DNA of 64,000 nucleotides from Azolla caroliniana (Eukaryota; Plantae; Polypodiophyta): NCBI GenBank assembly GCA_043228905.1, contig JBHGNT010000005.1, positions 23,622,001 to 23,686,000 of the forward strand, read 5' to 3'. Shown piece by piece: positions 48,665 to 61,712 of this stretch (position 1 is its first letter; each line of letters starts with the position of its first letter). The notes under the pieces were generated by a model. It saw only the letters and a program-made list of their open reading frames with translations, ran no database searches and was not told where the DNA came from. The position numbers and the translations under genes were made by a program.

Positions 48665-49715
48665 GTACATAGAAGAAAGGAATGAGAAGAAAGGAACGAA
48701 AGAAGAAGCAATGTGTCCACAATTGCTCTAGTGAGGAGGAGGAAGAAGAAGAAATCCGTAGCCGATCGTCCTAGAGAAGAAAACTGATCTTCCTCTTGTC
48801 TTGTCGAGAAAAAATTCTGAACAGAGATGATGATGATGATGATGATGATGACGATGATGTTGCTGATGAAGATGGCGATGGCGATGGCGAGAGATTGAGA
48901 GAGCTATGGTGTTAGGGTTTATCAGGGGGGGGTTCAGGCGTGTAACGGAAGGAAAGAGTAGTAGCAGATTTCCAAGGTTATTCCTATCACAAATGAATAT
49001 TACTGAAAGACAGAGAGAGACGAAAGAGAGAAAAATGAGCACATACATTTTCAATGATTTTAATGATCACTCCGTCAAAAATGTAGTGGCCCCTTCTCTC
49101 TCTCTCCCTCCCTCTCTCTTGGTAAAAGCACACAATTATATTAATTATTATGTAAAATCCACTTACAACACTTCTTAGTCTCCTCTACCTATCATATGTG
49201 CCTATGTAGGGAGAGGGACGTCCTGTAATGCCATTAAAAAGCTTGAATATGCATTTGAGGAAATGATCCCCACATGCTCTAATATCCAAAAATTCCACAT
49301 GAGAATACCTTTCAACTTCTTTATATAGGCTTTCACCCCATCCCATGTCTATTATCAAACATGAACGCATTATGCATATTCCAATTGTGTTGTAGTCCCT
49401 AATAACGTAAAAATTAGAACAATATCTCCATCTCATCATTTGAACCATTTTGAACATATTGAGAAAAAACCCATTGTTGAGGTCTCTCTCTCTTCGGGGG
49501 TGTAGAAGAGTTTGTTTGTTGGACAAGGAGGAGTTCTCTCACTCCTCTTCTATCCATATCGATGCCGAAAGAATCTTATAAAAAAAACAAAACTGAATTA
49601 TCAATTCAGAGCGTTATCTGACGCGACGAAATTTGCGATACCATAATCATGAGCTTCTTCCACTGACAGAAAAACGTCTCTTTCCATGTCTTCAGAAATT
49701 AGTTCACTTTACCCC

Positions 49716-50960
49716 CAATGTTAGTAGAGGCACTTTTTCAACTTGTAGTCATTATTCACACGATACATAGCCAACCACATGATAGGATATGTCATCAAGC
49801 CTTTGAGGCCTCTCAATCATTGTATGAGTCCGACTATACTAACTCATGGTATGGCATGATGGTAAGTTGGCTCCTTGCGAACGGTCTAGACATTAATAAC
49901 CTACCTCCCCTTAGGTACAACCACATGCTTGATAACACTTCAATCTCTCATGAGGACCGCAATAAAGTAATACGCCAAGAAATATGGCAAATTTACACTT
50001 GGTATAAATGGATCACCTCACTAGAGCCACTCCCATCTAAAACGTTGTACTATAATGAACACTTCATGCACTTCTCTAAGTTAGGTTTTATTACACGACC
50101 AAAATATCTAAATGCATTCTTACCAAATGCACTAAGGGTTGCCATTGGAGAACTTAGAATATAATCTCACCAACTTGAGATTGAGAATGGTCGCATTAAT
50201 GGAATCCCTAGGGAGGGAAGGAAATGCAGGCTATGTCACGTAGAGATAGAGGAAGAGTACCACTTTACATACAAGTGTCAAACTTACACCGAGATAAGGG
50301 CAAAATACCAAGACATACTCGGTTCCTCTCCCACCCTCCCCAAACTATTAGATACTCTAGATATAAAGAAATCAGGTAAATATATCCTAGAGCTAAAACA
50401 ACACAGAGAGAATAAGGTACAAAATGTTGACAATAATGTTTATAATATTCACCCACATGTAACAAATGAAGTTTTTCAGGGACAAGGGGTGACAATGAAT
50501 GTCGACACACCTGCACCACTCGACCTCTTCCTTGATGAAGCAGAAAACCAAAGAAGAACCAAACGCCCTAAGATGTCGGGTTTCAAAGCAACTCGACATG
50601 GTGTAGAAGCAATTAAGAAAATTAGGGAACGTGAGCTACATTGCCTAAAAGCCATGGATGGGGCACTCTCTGCATCGAGACCACGGGTCACACCGAAACC
50701 CTTTAACCTCCCACTTCTTTTCGAGAGGCTTGGGTGGAAATGAAATTAGGCTTAGTGCAAAGTCATTTCCTTTATCGAATGTGTTACACCATACCACGTT
50801 TTGTACAATACTAGAACTCTTTTAGCTGAAGTTCTATTTTTATTTTATTAATTTTAGTTCTGATGATTAGATAAATACCCCATTTTGTCGTAAACCAATT
50901 GTCTCATGGGCCAATTTTGGCCTTAGAAGACGTTAATATATCTTTCTTTATTTATTTCTT
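49716..50960 (+). mobile_element. 3' fragment of a related LINE
   Basis: Peptide VEALFQ..SWYGMMVSWL..NKVIRQEI..GFITRPKYL..RKCRLCH..EYHF..C parallels 36300-36930 and has the same 3' end motif. Confidence 0.82.
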
Positions 50961-52471
50961 TCATTTGGTCCTAAGATCAAGATGTTCATGTAATATCTTG
51001 TTTAGGCCATTTGGCCTCTTAAAATATAGTTGATATATATATATATATATTCTAATGAGAATGGCATATCCCCAATGCCTAAACCCTCTACATTGGATTG
51101 TATTTGGTTCATTGTCTCATGACTCTAAGAGGCCCAGGGACCCCCAATCGCTCACAATGGAGTGGGGTTTATGCGACAATGCGTGTGTGTGTGTGAGAGA
51201 AAGAGAGAGAGAGAACAGTAAAGAGTCACATAGCAAATTGAGAAACACTCCTCTACCACTATATGCAGTGCCATGGCCATCAAAACACGAACACTTGCTT
51301 ATCGAACAATATATCAAGGTTCATGGCCTTGAAAACATATCTAACATGTACAATTGGAGCTTATTGTGTGTGTGTGTGTGTGTAAGTTGAGTTCCTTCCA
51401 CGTAGCGTTGCATCCACATGCCTAGTTCTAAACTATAGTAGACTTTGTTGATGGACACAAATCTTGCATTCAAGGAAGTTTGAGGACTACTTGTTATTTA
51501 TGAGGTGTCGGGGTGTGTTTAGCCCATCATTCTATAGTCACATCGGGTGACGTATTGCATGTTGTAATAAAGGTTTATGGTTGTTCATCCACGCCGATCA
51601 CCCCAAGTGGAGGACAATAGACAAACACAAAATGTCATCAATATCCCACACAACCAAATATTATTTTATGTTATACATTGGAAGTCGAGATGAACGGATC
51701 CAAATGAAGATAGCTATACCTCATTAATAGAGTCTTGATAGCATCCAAAGATGTCATAATGAAGGGGGTAGGCTATAGCTAGTTCCTTAAGTCCAAGGAT
51801 AATTAGTTTCCCACCTACCTTACCCTTAAACGGTTGACAATTAGCTTTAAAATGGCAATATGAGGGCATGTTTACGATTAAAATTCACCTCATATCAACA
51901 TGCAAAGTACTCGAAGCTCTCGGCAAAAGGCTAACATAGATATAAAACTTAAGAGTGGTGAAGATATATGTTTTGATAAGATGTTGTATCCCCACCAAAA
52001 TAAACATATCCCATAAAAAAGAAAAGAAATTCCATTAAAGTTTTTGTCAATATACCTATATACCAATATCTCAAACACTTATTCTAATATTTCTATGATT
52101 TTGCCTCATTTTATTATCAGGCCTTCACCACTTCAAATTTGGTCAAGGTAACAAAATGATCACTTTTTTGGTCTATTTATCATAGCTAGTGGCTTATATC
52201 CATTCAAATGAGCTCAAGTTATAGTTCTCATTCATAAATGAACAAGAGAAACGCTTTGCACTAATGGAGGATGATATTATCTAGTTTTTTTAGCTTTTGC
52301 TTGCCGAAAACAAATGAGAGATAAGGTGCCCACTTCGTTTAGGATGAAAATTTGGGCTCTTCATTTCGATCGTTATTGAGAGTAATCTAAAGCCACGCAA
52401 ATACAAACACATTGCTAAGATGTCGAAATCATGGGAAAACAAACACAAGGTACACCAGTGTCAAGAAGGTG

Positions 52472-52509
<38 letters not shown>

Positions 52510-52853
52510 ATATTCTCATATTACGCTTTTAAAACAACATACGTTGTTGTTGTTGCATTCACGAAGGAACGTGATATTTTCAACAAGAAAACAGTGTGGA
52601 ACAATGCCAATGATAAAGAGAGGGCTTCGTGAACGCAGCAGCCGCTCTAAAAACGTTGGGTCTTTCCACGGTAAATCAGAAATCTTTATTGGAGACAGCA
52701 GGCCAAAACCATGGGTTTCAGCTACGCCCCCCCCCCCCCCCCCCCCAATGCAAGGTGTTGAACCGTCCATGACACCCTTGCCATATACTAAGCCCTAAGC
52801 TGAACCCGAACCCGAACAGGAACCGGACCCTTGGCATATGTACATACTAAACC

Positions 52854-53954
52854 CTAAGCCGTGCCGGACTCGATGCACACATTGCCGTTCACTTTGCAGA
52901 GCCCGCTGCAGCAGTCGGCCGAGTAGAAGCAAGTCAATCCCAATTCGGTGCACGTTTCTTCGGGGACCGGTGGTAGAGACAGCACGCAAACGTTGCCGTT
53001 TACTTTACAGAGCCCGCTACAGCAATCAGACGAGTAGAAGCAAGTCTCTCCCACTCCACTGCAGGTTTCATCGGGGATAGGCGGCCCTTCCTGAGAACCT
53101 GATACATGCACACACATTGAGCAACATCCATTAATTACCTATGCATAACCACCACATGGCTATGGTCTACAAACTAACGTGTACACCAATAATGGGAAGG
53201 TATCAATCATATGCCATAAAACGGATGCTATAATGACACACAACGATGTTCGTGATTGACCACCGGGTCTCTGATTTCATGAGTGGATTGATGGTAAATT
53301 ACGAGAAAATACCAGCAATTGCTAGGAATTTAGGACAGAATTTGCGAAAAAAACCCAGACATGATTTTGTTTCCTTGGATTATGCAAAAGTTCAAGAATT
53401 CGAGCATTGATTCCCTACGGACAGCATTTTTCCTGGAGATTGTACTAGATAGAGTGAAGTGTAAGTAAATAATGCCGATTCTGACCATGTAAGAAGAAGA
53501 AACTGAAGGATCTAAGTGAAAATCAGAAGAAAAAAAGCTTGTGGAGAACATTTGCTGAAAATTAAGACAGTTGAAAAGCCAATATAATGTCAATTCTGGT
53601 CATGTAAGAAGAAGAGACTAAAGCATCTAACTTGCGGAGAGCATCTTATGAAACTTAGAACATTTGAAACGCATTACAAAATCAATGGGAGAAGAAATAC
53701 TGCAAAAAAAAAGCATATGAATCTAGCAAGCTACTGTAATAATGGAAGAAAGAGCGGAAGACGAAGGAGGTGGAGAAGAAGAAAATACAAAGGAAGAGAT
53801 TAGAACAGAAACAGAGAAGAAAAAGAATAAGCGAACAGATCTTACCGAACATGGAGAGGTGAGTTGTCCGGCCAAGTGAAGACTCAGTAAGAGCAGTGAG
53901 GACGAAGATCGTCATCACAAGCATAAGCATAGGCAGGGACTTGAGAAGCTTCAT
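52854..53954 (-). CDS. Secreted 117-aa cysteine-rich peptide with two tandem inhibitor-cystine-knot-like modules
   Basis: Exon 1 53846-53954 (hydrophobic signal MKLLKSLPMLMLVMTIFVLTALTES..; G|GTAAG donor), phase-1 intron, exon 2 52854-53098 (CAG acceptor) with 2x C-X6-C-X5-CC-X3-C-X6-C. Confidence 0.82.
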
Positions 53955-54066
53955 GATGATGGACTTATCTGACGAAGACGGAAGAAGCTCCAAAGAGACA
54001 GGTAAGGAGGAGTGATGGGGGAAGAAACGGAGCTTAAGGAGGGGAATGTGAACTCTGCGTCTCTCT

Positions 54067-54070
<4 letters not shown>

Positions 54071-54118
<48 letters not shown>

Positions 54119-54122
54119 CTCT
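54071..54122. repeat. (CT)n(ATCT)n microsatellite upstream of the peptide gene
   Basis: Directly visible; an (AG)n tract also lies at 52476-52508 on the other side of the gene. Confidence 0.95.
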
Positions 54123-57100
54123 GCTTTCCTGATCACGTTCTGAACGTCTCGTGTCTCTCGTTAAGAGTAAATGAGAGAAGCCATCGTGACTCTCGTTCTT
54201 CTTCCTTTCTTCTTCTTCTTCTTCTTCTTCTTCTTCGGGCCTTCTTTTCTCAGAGAAAAAGAATCAGAAGAAATCCAGAACGCTAAAGCAAAAAAGAAAA
54301 AGAAAAACAGCCGGAGAAGTTCAAGTGGGGGGAATTTTGAAGTAACCTTGATTTAGACATATGTATATGTACGTGTATTATGTACATATACATACATATA
54401 GGTCAAAATCTCTTCTTTAAAAGAGCTTATGTTTCAAATTTCCATTCATACCCTTGTCGCTCTGTGGATTTCCCAGAGTCGACCGCCCGCAAGTGGATAT
54501 GGGACCCAGAGAATCCCTTCAGCTCACCCATCGCCAATGCCTGGTACCCGCTCACCGTATTTAGCTCGCGGATCCACACACACTCTGGTGTCTCTAGATC
54601 TTGTAATGTCAAGCAATCGAAAAATATCGAATCCCACTCGATGGTTTGCATGATATCATCGAACACATCTCGTAGCAATGTCCTATCTAGTGTAAATATG
54701 AAACACGCAAATGATTTTCTAGTTGGCATTCATCAAATCTCATGGGTTTAATGTTGTCTATATATTAATATGTTGTACGATTATAGGAAATGTCTTTACC
54801 TAGGCATGATGAAACGAGCGCAAGTTTTCAACTCATGTGCCAAAAGAACATATACATCTTTATATGGTATAACCGTATATGTATGCCATCTTTTGGATTA
54901 ATGTATGCTCTTGGAGTTTTAGAACTAATCATGGCTCATTTTTAACTTGTAGCGATCGTTTGTTGTCTCTCTCATTAAAACGAGGTACACTTACAACATC
55001 TTGCCATCATGGGTTTTCAAAAAGTGTGAGAAATTGTATCTCAAACAAGCAACTCGACATATGATATATAACGGTGTTTGAGATATCCTTATGGTAGTGG
55101 CTCTATTCTACACACTATTTGACAAGTGAATACTTTCTTTGTTTCAATATGATTTTCATTATTGTAATCAAGCATCGTGCTTGCACTATTTCACTCTCTA
55201 CATATGCATTTAATAAATAAATGAAAACGTACCATTTATTGGTTTCAAGCATAGAAGAATTTGTAACATAGGTGTTCACGTTCAACGTAATTGATCCCTT
55301 TTGAGGTAGAAACACGTGGCATTGCTTTTGCAATAAGTGTTATCATCTACATAGGTTTATTGACTTGTTGCTTTTTAATGTTTTAAGCTGACAAATGTGC
55401 TTTTTGAAACAATAATTTGATAAGTAGTCATGCCACAACCCCACGCTTTGTGGTCATACTCCTTGATCATGGATAGACCTTATATAGTAGTTCAAATTTA
55501 CGATTTACTAAAAGGTATGGTTGCCATGTCTCTCAATCAAATCATGAACATCAATATAGCAACATTTTGAGGAACCTTGATTGGTTTTTATGTTTGTTGA
55601 AAGGTGCTATGAATCCAAGGGTTGAGCTTCTAGGAGAAATGTATAATGATTATATGGTGGGAGTTCAAGCCAATGCAAAATCCCAAATAAACCTAATATT
55701 GCTTCCAATGTTGCAAAGAACAAGTTCATTTGTACAAGTGATTCACAAAAACCTTGTTTGTCTACGCTATGAAAAAACTTCTAATCGTGTTCTTGAATTG
55801 ATTCAACTAGTTAGGCCACACTACATTCACTTTTTAAAAATCTCGCCTTGGTAGCATAAAGTCTTTAGTCTTTTGTATTATTATGATGGCTACTCGTAAA
55901 GAAGTATCTTGCTTGCTTATTTATGTCACATGTGGTGCCAAGATGTGTCATAAGGAGTGTCTTGCTTGCTTTTCAATGTCACATGGGGTGACGAGATGTC
56001 CTAAGAAGTATATGTAAAGATTATCTTGCCTACTTATTAATGTCACACAAGATGCTAAGATGTGCCGCAAGTATGATGTGGGTATGCATGTGACCTCGAT
56101 GTCTATCAAAAGTCAAAACACAGTAATTTGACTAGAAGATAGTAAAGCTTTATATAAAATTTTCTACATGATTTAGTGAACAAAAGTTCCAATCACTGAA
56201 TGTTTTTCCCCAATATTCCAAACTTGGACAAAGGGCTTACTAGATATTCTAGTTACCATGGCTTACAAAATCAACCTTATATGAGAAAAATCAAAGAGAT
56301 GAGAAATAACGGGGAACTAAAGAAAGAATATATATTGCTATGTCATGTGACAAAGAAAAATGCACCCTTTGAATTAATAATATTTTCTTCTATTGAATAT
56401 TGATTCTTAATAAATAAGAGATTACAAATGAGAATTTACATTTGAATCAAGTTTGCCAATACTTATGGCATAATTGGATTACCCCAACGGATGTACAATA
56501 AACCATTGTAGATTTAATCCTTAAATCTAAGCATAACAAATGTTTTTGTGCACCAAACAGATTAAGTTTGACAATCTTAACGACATAACAAGGTTTTCCT
56601 CCCTCCTACCTAATAAATGTTCTTGGCTTTTAAACACCAAGTGAGCATATATATTAACCATTCTTTGTTGACCATACATTACACAAGAGTGATACTTTCT
56701 TTGCAATTTAACATATAGCTTCATTCAATTCTTTTCTATCTAAATTCCTGCCATTAAGATTTGGTATCTTCAGAGCAACTGATTTGTTAGTAGCACTTTC
56801 ACCTATTACATCTTCATCTATCATTTTTGCTTTTGGTACTACTTTCAGATGTAATGTATAATTAGTAGATCACTTTTGCTTTTGTTTCTACTTTCAGAGT
56901 TAATGTTTAATGAGTAAATTGGAAGAGACTGTCCACAGTTGTTCTGAATCTCAATTCCTCATCCTTCACATTTGACATCAATAGATTACTTTGCTATTAA
57001 AACATCTAAGTATACAATTTCCAGAGGAAGTTAACCACATCCAAAACATCAAACAAATATTACTGAAATGCACTTCATTGAGTTAGCCTATACATTAAAC

Positions 57101-57635
57101 ACCACAATTAGATATACAGAAAATCGTTGGCAAACATTTATCAATTTTAGGTGAGGGATTCAAGTGATAAAACTTGAGGCTTTCAACAGTTGATCTTCAT
57201 AATAAGGAAAAAAGCATAGCCATATCTCATAATTTAGGTAAGAGTGAAAAAGACTACCTCATCAATGATCATGGATGAGAATCAGATTAAGAAGGGTATA
57301 TCCGAGGTATAAATTTCAACCGAGTTCAAGCAGTATTTAACTTTTACAACCCTGAACTAAATAAATAACTCATGATGAATACAAGTCAATTATAAGATAA
57401 AGACCTGAACAGGAGTTCATATACCATGACTCATGAAAGAAATCATAAATAGGCAACCCAAAAGTAACAAGAATTACTTCATCAAGCATTCATTAAATTC
57501 AGTTAGCCAAAAGAACTCATTGAAATGCAGTGAGTCTCACATTGAAAACATTCTACTACATCAGTGATATACAGATTCACATCTCAAGTTCATTAACTAA
57601 AAGACACTTCTCCAGCAAAAATTTCAATCGATTCT

Positions 57636-59718
57636 TCATTTCTTAGACTTTTTCTTAATCCTGCACACAGAAAGACAATATATGATGCCAATACAATACA
57701 AATGAAACAAAATCATGAAAAAGGAAACAATACAAAGACAACAATTAATTCCTTACTCAGGGACAGGGGTTGTTGCAGCTGCAGGAGTGGCTACTTCAGT
57801 TCCAAGTCCCTATGCAATGGAGAAGACGACATAAGGCATGAATTAACACATTGACAACTGAGTCTACCTGAAATGTATAGGGAATATAAAACACTTTATT
57901 TACATAATTATAATTATAGTACCTGTGCCAATCGTTCTTCTCTCCTAGCAGATTTCCTCTCACGAATAGCTTTGCCTTTTGCTCTACGTGCCTCAAATTG
58001 ATCAGACAATGTCTTTTCGCGTGCCTTCTCAGCCTTGGTCTTATGAATACTCTCCATCAAGACACGCTTGTTTTTGAACACATTACCCTTCACCTTCATG
58101 TACATGTCATGATACATGTGTTTGTCTATCTTCTTTGCTTCCCTGTACTTCCTCAAGAGACGGCGCAGAACACGCATGCGCCTCAGCCAAAGAATCTTGG
58201 ATGGTAGCCTAGCCTCCCTGGTACCTCGTCTTTTACCTACAAGAAGAGAAAACAAAGTAGAAAAAAAGTTTCTGTTTATTTGAAGGATTTTGACAATTTA
58301 AGCACATACTATGTCAATGTCTCATGAAAGATTGGTGCAACTTGACAATAAATGTTGACAAACACTCCAATGCATTTTGCTAATAAATCATATACATAGA
58401 GATATCATCTGATATATTACACCAAGCTTTCATATAATTCAGGGAAATTCAAACCTATAGCCCAACCATTTATCTTTAGCAGTAAACAGCATATGGCAGC
58501 TTTAAATTTTACATTGGGAAAATAATATAAACAACATGAAGTTCTTATTGTAATGCAAAATGAACAGAGAAATAAGGCAATAATAACACACCATATCCAG
58601 AGTGGCGACCCTTCCTCTTTGCCTCGAGAGCTCTCCTCGCCCTGGCACGGGAATGGATCTTTGTTGGTTTCCGGATAACAAACCCATCCTTTACAAGCTT
58701 GCGGATGTTTTGCCCTGAAAAACCAAAATTCAGTGTTAAGGCTAGAATGCAAACTATTATAATATTCAGGATTAATTTTAGTATGCCTTACAAAAGATAG
58801 AAGAAAAGTGAATCAATCATCAGAAAATTCACGCTCACATTCCTTGGAACAAAATAAAATCTTAGCTTGTTAGCAAAACAAATTATTACCTTCTAGCTTG
58901 AGTTTGAATCAGAGAAAGACAATAAGAGAGTGAAATCAAAAGGAGCATTGGTAGAAAAGGCAAGACATACACATAAAATGAATCGAGCATTCAAGGAATT
59001 TAAATACAGCCACTTAATTTTCACCAAATGAAAGCGTTACTGCATTCTAGAATGTTTTCTTTTTGAGAGTTAACATTCAGACATGAAACAAAACGAACTT
59101 CAGATGAACAAAGACAACAAACATAGAAAAGGAGAAAAGCTCAACATAAGTAAAGAGATAGAGAGTCATAACCGTGATATAGAGGCTTACGCTGGCCAGA
59201 TCTCAAGAGAGAGTCTGGAATTCTATAAATGGAAAAAGGCATAGTTTTCTATACACGCATAGAGGTAACATGTACTTGAACACAGTGAAAGACATGGATA
59301 AGAAATAGGATTGACCAAAGATAAAGATACATACATACATATATATTATTTGGATCAACAGTGAAAGACATGGAATTAGGCAGGGAGAAGGGAATTTAGG
59401 CACAGAAAGAGACAGGTTTGAACACAAAGAAATACATAATCCCGAACACAGAGAAATACATCGTTCTGAATACATATACAGTTCTAAGCACAGAAGAGAA
59501 ATACATAAGCTTGAACACAGGGAAAGAACAAATACTGGAACGCACATAGAGATATGGTTTTGCGTAGAGAAAAAGACGTGGAAAGAGAAAGAGACAGAGT
59601 CATTACTAGAGTTGGCCATGGAGATCTCATTGACCTCATTAGGGTCGAGCCACACCTTCCGCTTGCCGCATTTCAGGACGCTGGCCGCCAAACGCTTCTG
59701 CAGCTTCAGAGACACCAT
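57636..59718 (-). CDS. RPL19: 60S ribosomal protein L19 (eL19), 5 coding exons
   Basis: Exons 59607-59718, 58592-58714, 57923-58236, 57757-57809, 57636-57660. [55 protein letters not shown]. Confidence 0.97.
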
Positions 59719-59745
59719 GGCTCTGTCCCTGTCTCGCACCCCCCA

Positions 59746-59754
59746 AACCCTAAT
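59746..59754. promoter_or_regulatory. Telo-box AAACCCTAA in the RPL19 5' region
   Basis: Motif 28 bp upstream of the ATG; telo-boxes are typical of plant ribosomal protein genes. Confidence 0.7.
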
Positions 59755-59849
59755 CCCAAAAGGCGAAGAGAAGATCGCAGGCCAAATCGAGCCTTGTGTT
59801 TATACATACTTCATTTTCCTGGTAAAATAAATAAGAATTGAATTAATTA

Positions 59850-60120
59850 ATTTGCACGTAATTTGCCCTAACCATAAATAAACATAGCTAATTTGCATGT
59901 AATTTGCCCTAATGATGATTAAACATACACATTTGCATGTAATTTACCCTAAGCATGGATAAACGTAGCAAATTTTTGTGTGATTTTCCCTTAGCATGAA
60001 TAAACATGGAAAATTTGCGTGTAATTTCCCCAAAGCCTGAATAAACATAGTAAATTTGCTTGTAATTTGCCTAAGCATGAATAAACATAGCAAAATTGTG
60101 TGCAATTTGCACTAAGCACA
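59850..60120. repeat. ~41-bp tandem repeat, about 7 copies, upstream of RPL19
   Basis: Repeated unit atttgcatgtaatttgccctaagcatgaataaacatagc. Confidence 0.88.
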
Positions 60121-61041
60121 AGTAGTTAATTAAGTGCCATGAATCCTCATCATCTAGTTGCATCACATGTTGTCCTCATGCATTCGTGTGTTGCGAATTA
60201 GCATTGTTCACTAACTATTGGATTACTTTAATGGACAAGAATGAACCCCCTTCCCCTTGTCTCGTACTTGATTAGGCATGCCCTATCTCCCCACCTTCCA
60301 CATGGTATTCACGAACTGTCAAAGCAACAAGTTATTCAATTCAAATAGGATTGTAAATGCCGCATCTCGTATTCGAATGGAGATGCTCTAGTGTTGTGTC
60401 ATGTGAGGATTATATTTACTAGTTGAATCAAATTGTTGCTACTCTTAAGGATGGCCCCAAGCAACATGCTTGATCAACTACCCGACAAGTAGTTGATCCT
60501 GCACTTCAAATTATACCAACAATAATTGACAACTTTTACACTTTAGAAGAGACCATTAGTGGTGTGATGAGTTTGATCCTACCACACCAATCTGATAGAG
60601 CGTCTCATTCACCTAACATTTTTTACATAGATGTCGGTGAGCCTTCCACCTTCAAAGATGTTGTTCGCCGGAATAGTAACCGACAGCCAAAAGCGTAGGA
60701 ATAAGAAACTATATAAAGCGTAACGTATGTAACGGTTCACGCGGGGAAGCGTGAACGGCTAATTAGACCCTGCATATATAAAGGGTAGAAAACCTCTTAA
60801 GGAGGTGCGTGTCAATTTTGGGAAATGTAAAAGAACGCTTGATAATAGAATACTATCTTCTCTGAGTTTCTGTGTATAGCTACGGCTAATTCAGTGTCTG
60901 TGTCTCGGATACGTAATCATAGTAGTACGTAAGCGCAATCCGTGATAAGGAGTCGGTTGTAGCCGTCTCCCCTTACACACGGAGGAATCACAGAGGTTCT
61001 CTCCTTACGTAGTACGATTAAGCTCTGTTCGTTGTTCCACA

Positions 61042-61601
61042 TAACAATCGGCAACGGTTCGGTTTGAACCGAACTGAACCGCGAAACCGTGGTTTAACGG
61101 CTTAACGGTTTCAACGGTTCGGTTCGGTTCAGGTTTAGGTTTTCTTTAACGGTTCGGTTCGGTTTCGGTTTGGTTTCAGCAGTAAAAAACCGCGGTTTAA
61201 ATGGTTTAAACGGTTTTTAATTTTTAAAAAAACATTTAAAAAATTTGAAAAAAATTCTAAAAAATTTTAAAAATTGTTTTTAAACAATCTTTTCATTTTT
61301 ACTCTTATTCTCACATTTTAGGAACATCTTAAAAATTTTAAAAATTCTAAATAATGAAATATTATAAATTTAAAAATAAAATAAAATAAATTTGACCTAT
61401 GTTGAAAACCGAAACCGAACCACGAAACCGTGGTTTTTACGGTTTAATGGTTTAACGGTTTGAAAAATGTTTAACGGTTCGGTTTAAAGGTTTCGCGGTT
61501 CGGTTCAGGTTTCAACATTTTTTAATGGTTCGGTTCCAAACCGGTTCGGTTTGGACCCTCTCAAACCGAACCGAACCGAACCGAACCGTTGCCGATTGTT
61601 A
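61042..61601. mobile_element. Non-autonomous hAT-type element (MITE/Ds-like), 560 bp, inside the LTR
   Basis: 23-bp TIR TAACAATCGGCAACGGTTCGGTT, 8-bp TSD GTTCCACA (61034-61041 and 61602-61609), many subterminal AACCG/CGGTT motifs and an AT-rich core. Confidence 0.95.
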
Positions 61602-61672
61602 GTTCCACACCCACCTTGGGGTCTAGGTCGAAGGACTGACCACGGACCGTGTTTCCTAAGAGGCAACACTTT

Positions 61673-61712
61673 TGGCACGCTTGGAGGGACCCGAACCCAC
61701 AATCCCTTGATT
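61673..61712 (-). other. 40-nt cDNA copy of a tRNA 3' half (positions 37-76, probably tRNA-Arg(TCT)); extended PBS
   Basis: The minus strand reads AA-TCAAG-GGATT-GTGGG-TTCGGGT-CCCTC-CAAGCGT-G-CCA: 3' anticodon arm, variable loop, T-arm, acceptor strand and CCA. Confidence 0.85.

Noticed and set aside
48728-49054. His-rich 108-aa ORF
   Set aside because: It is the translation of a (GAT)n microsatellite in the HASTY 5' UTR/promoter region, with no other coding signal.
49590-49690. Possible C/D-box snoRNA on the minus strand (ATGATTA..CTGA)
   Set aside because: The C box is imperfect, there is no terminal stem, and I cannot identify an rRNA-complementary guide. It would need an Infernal/snoscan search.
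52412-53080. Plus-strand Arg/Cys-rich and RE-repeat ORFs
   Set aside because: These are the antisense shadow of the knottin exon and translations of (AG)n and poly-C tracts.
55560-56100. Possible transposase relic with three ~60-bp degenerate repeats
   Set aside because: Too decayed; no diagnostic motif or termini.
61673-61712. Functional tRNA gene
   Set aside because: Only the 3' half is present, it includes the post-transcriptional CCA, and it abuts an LTR.
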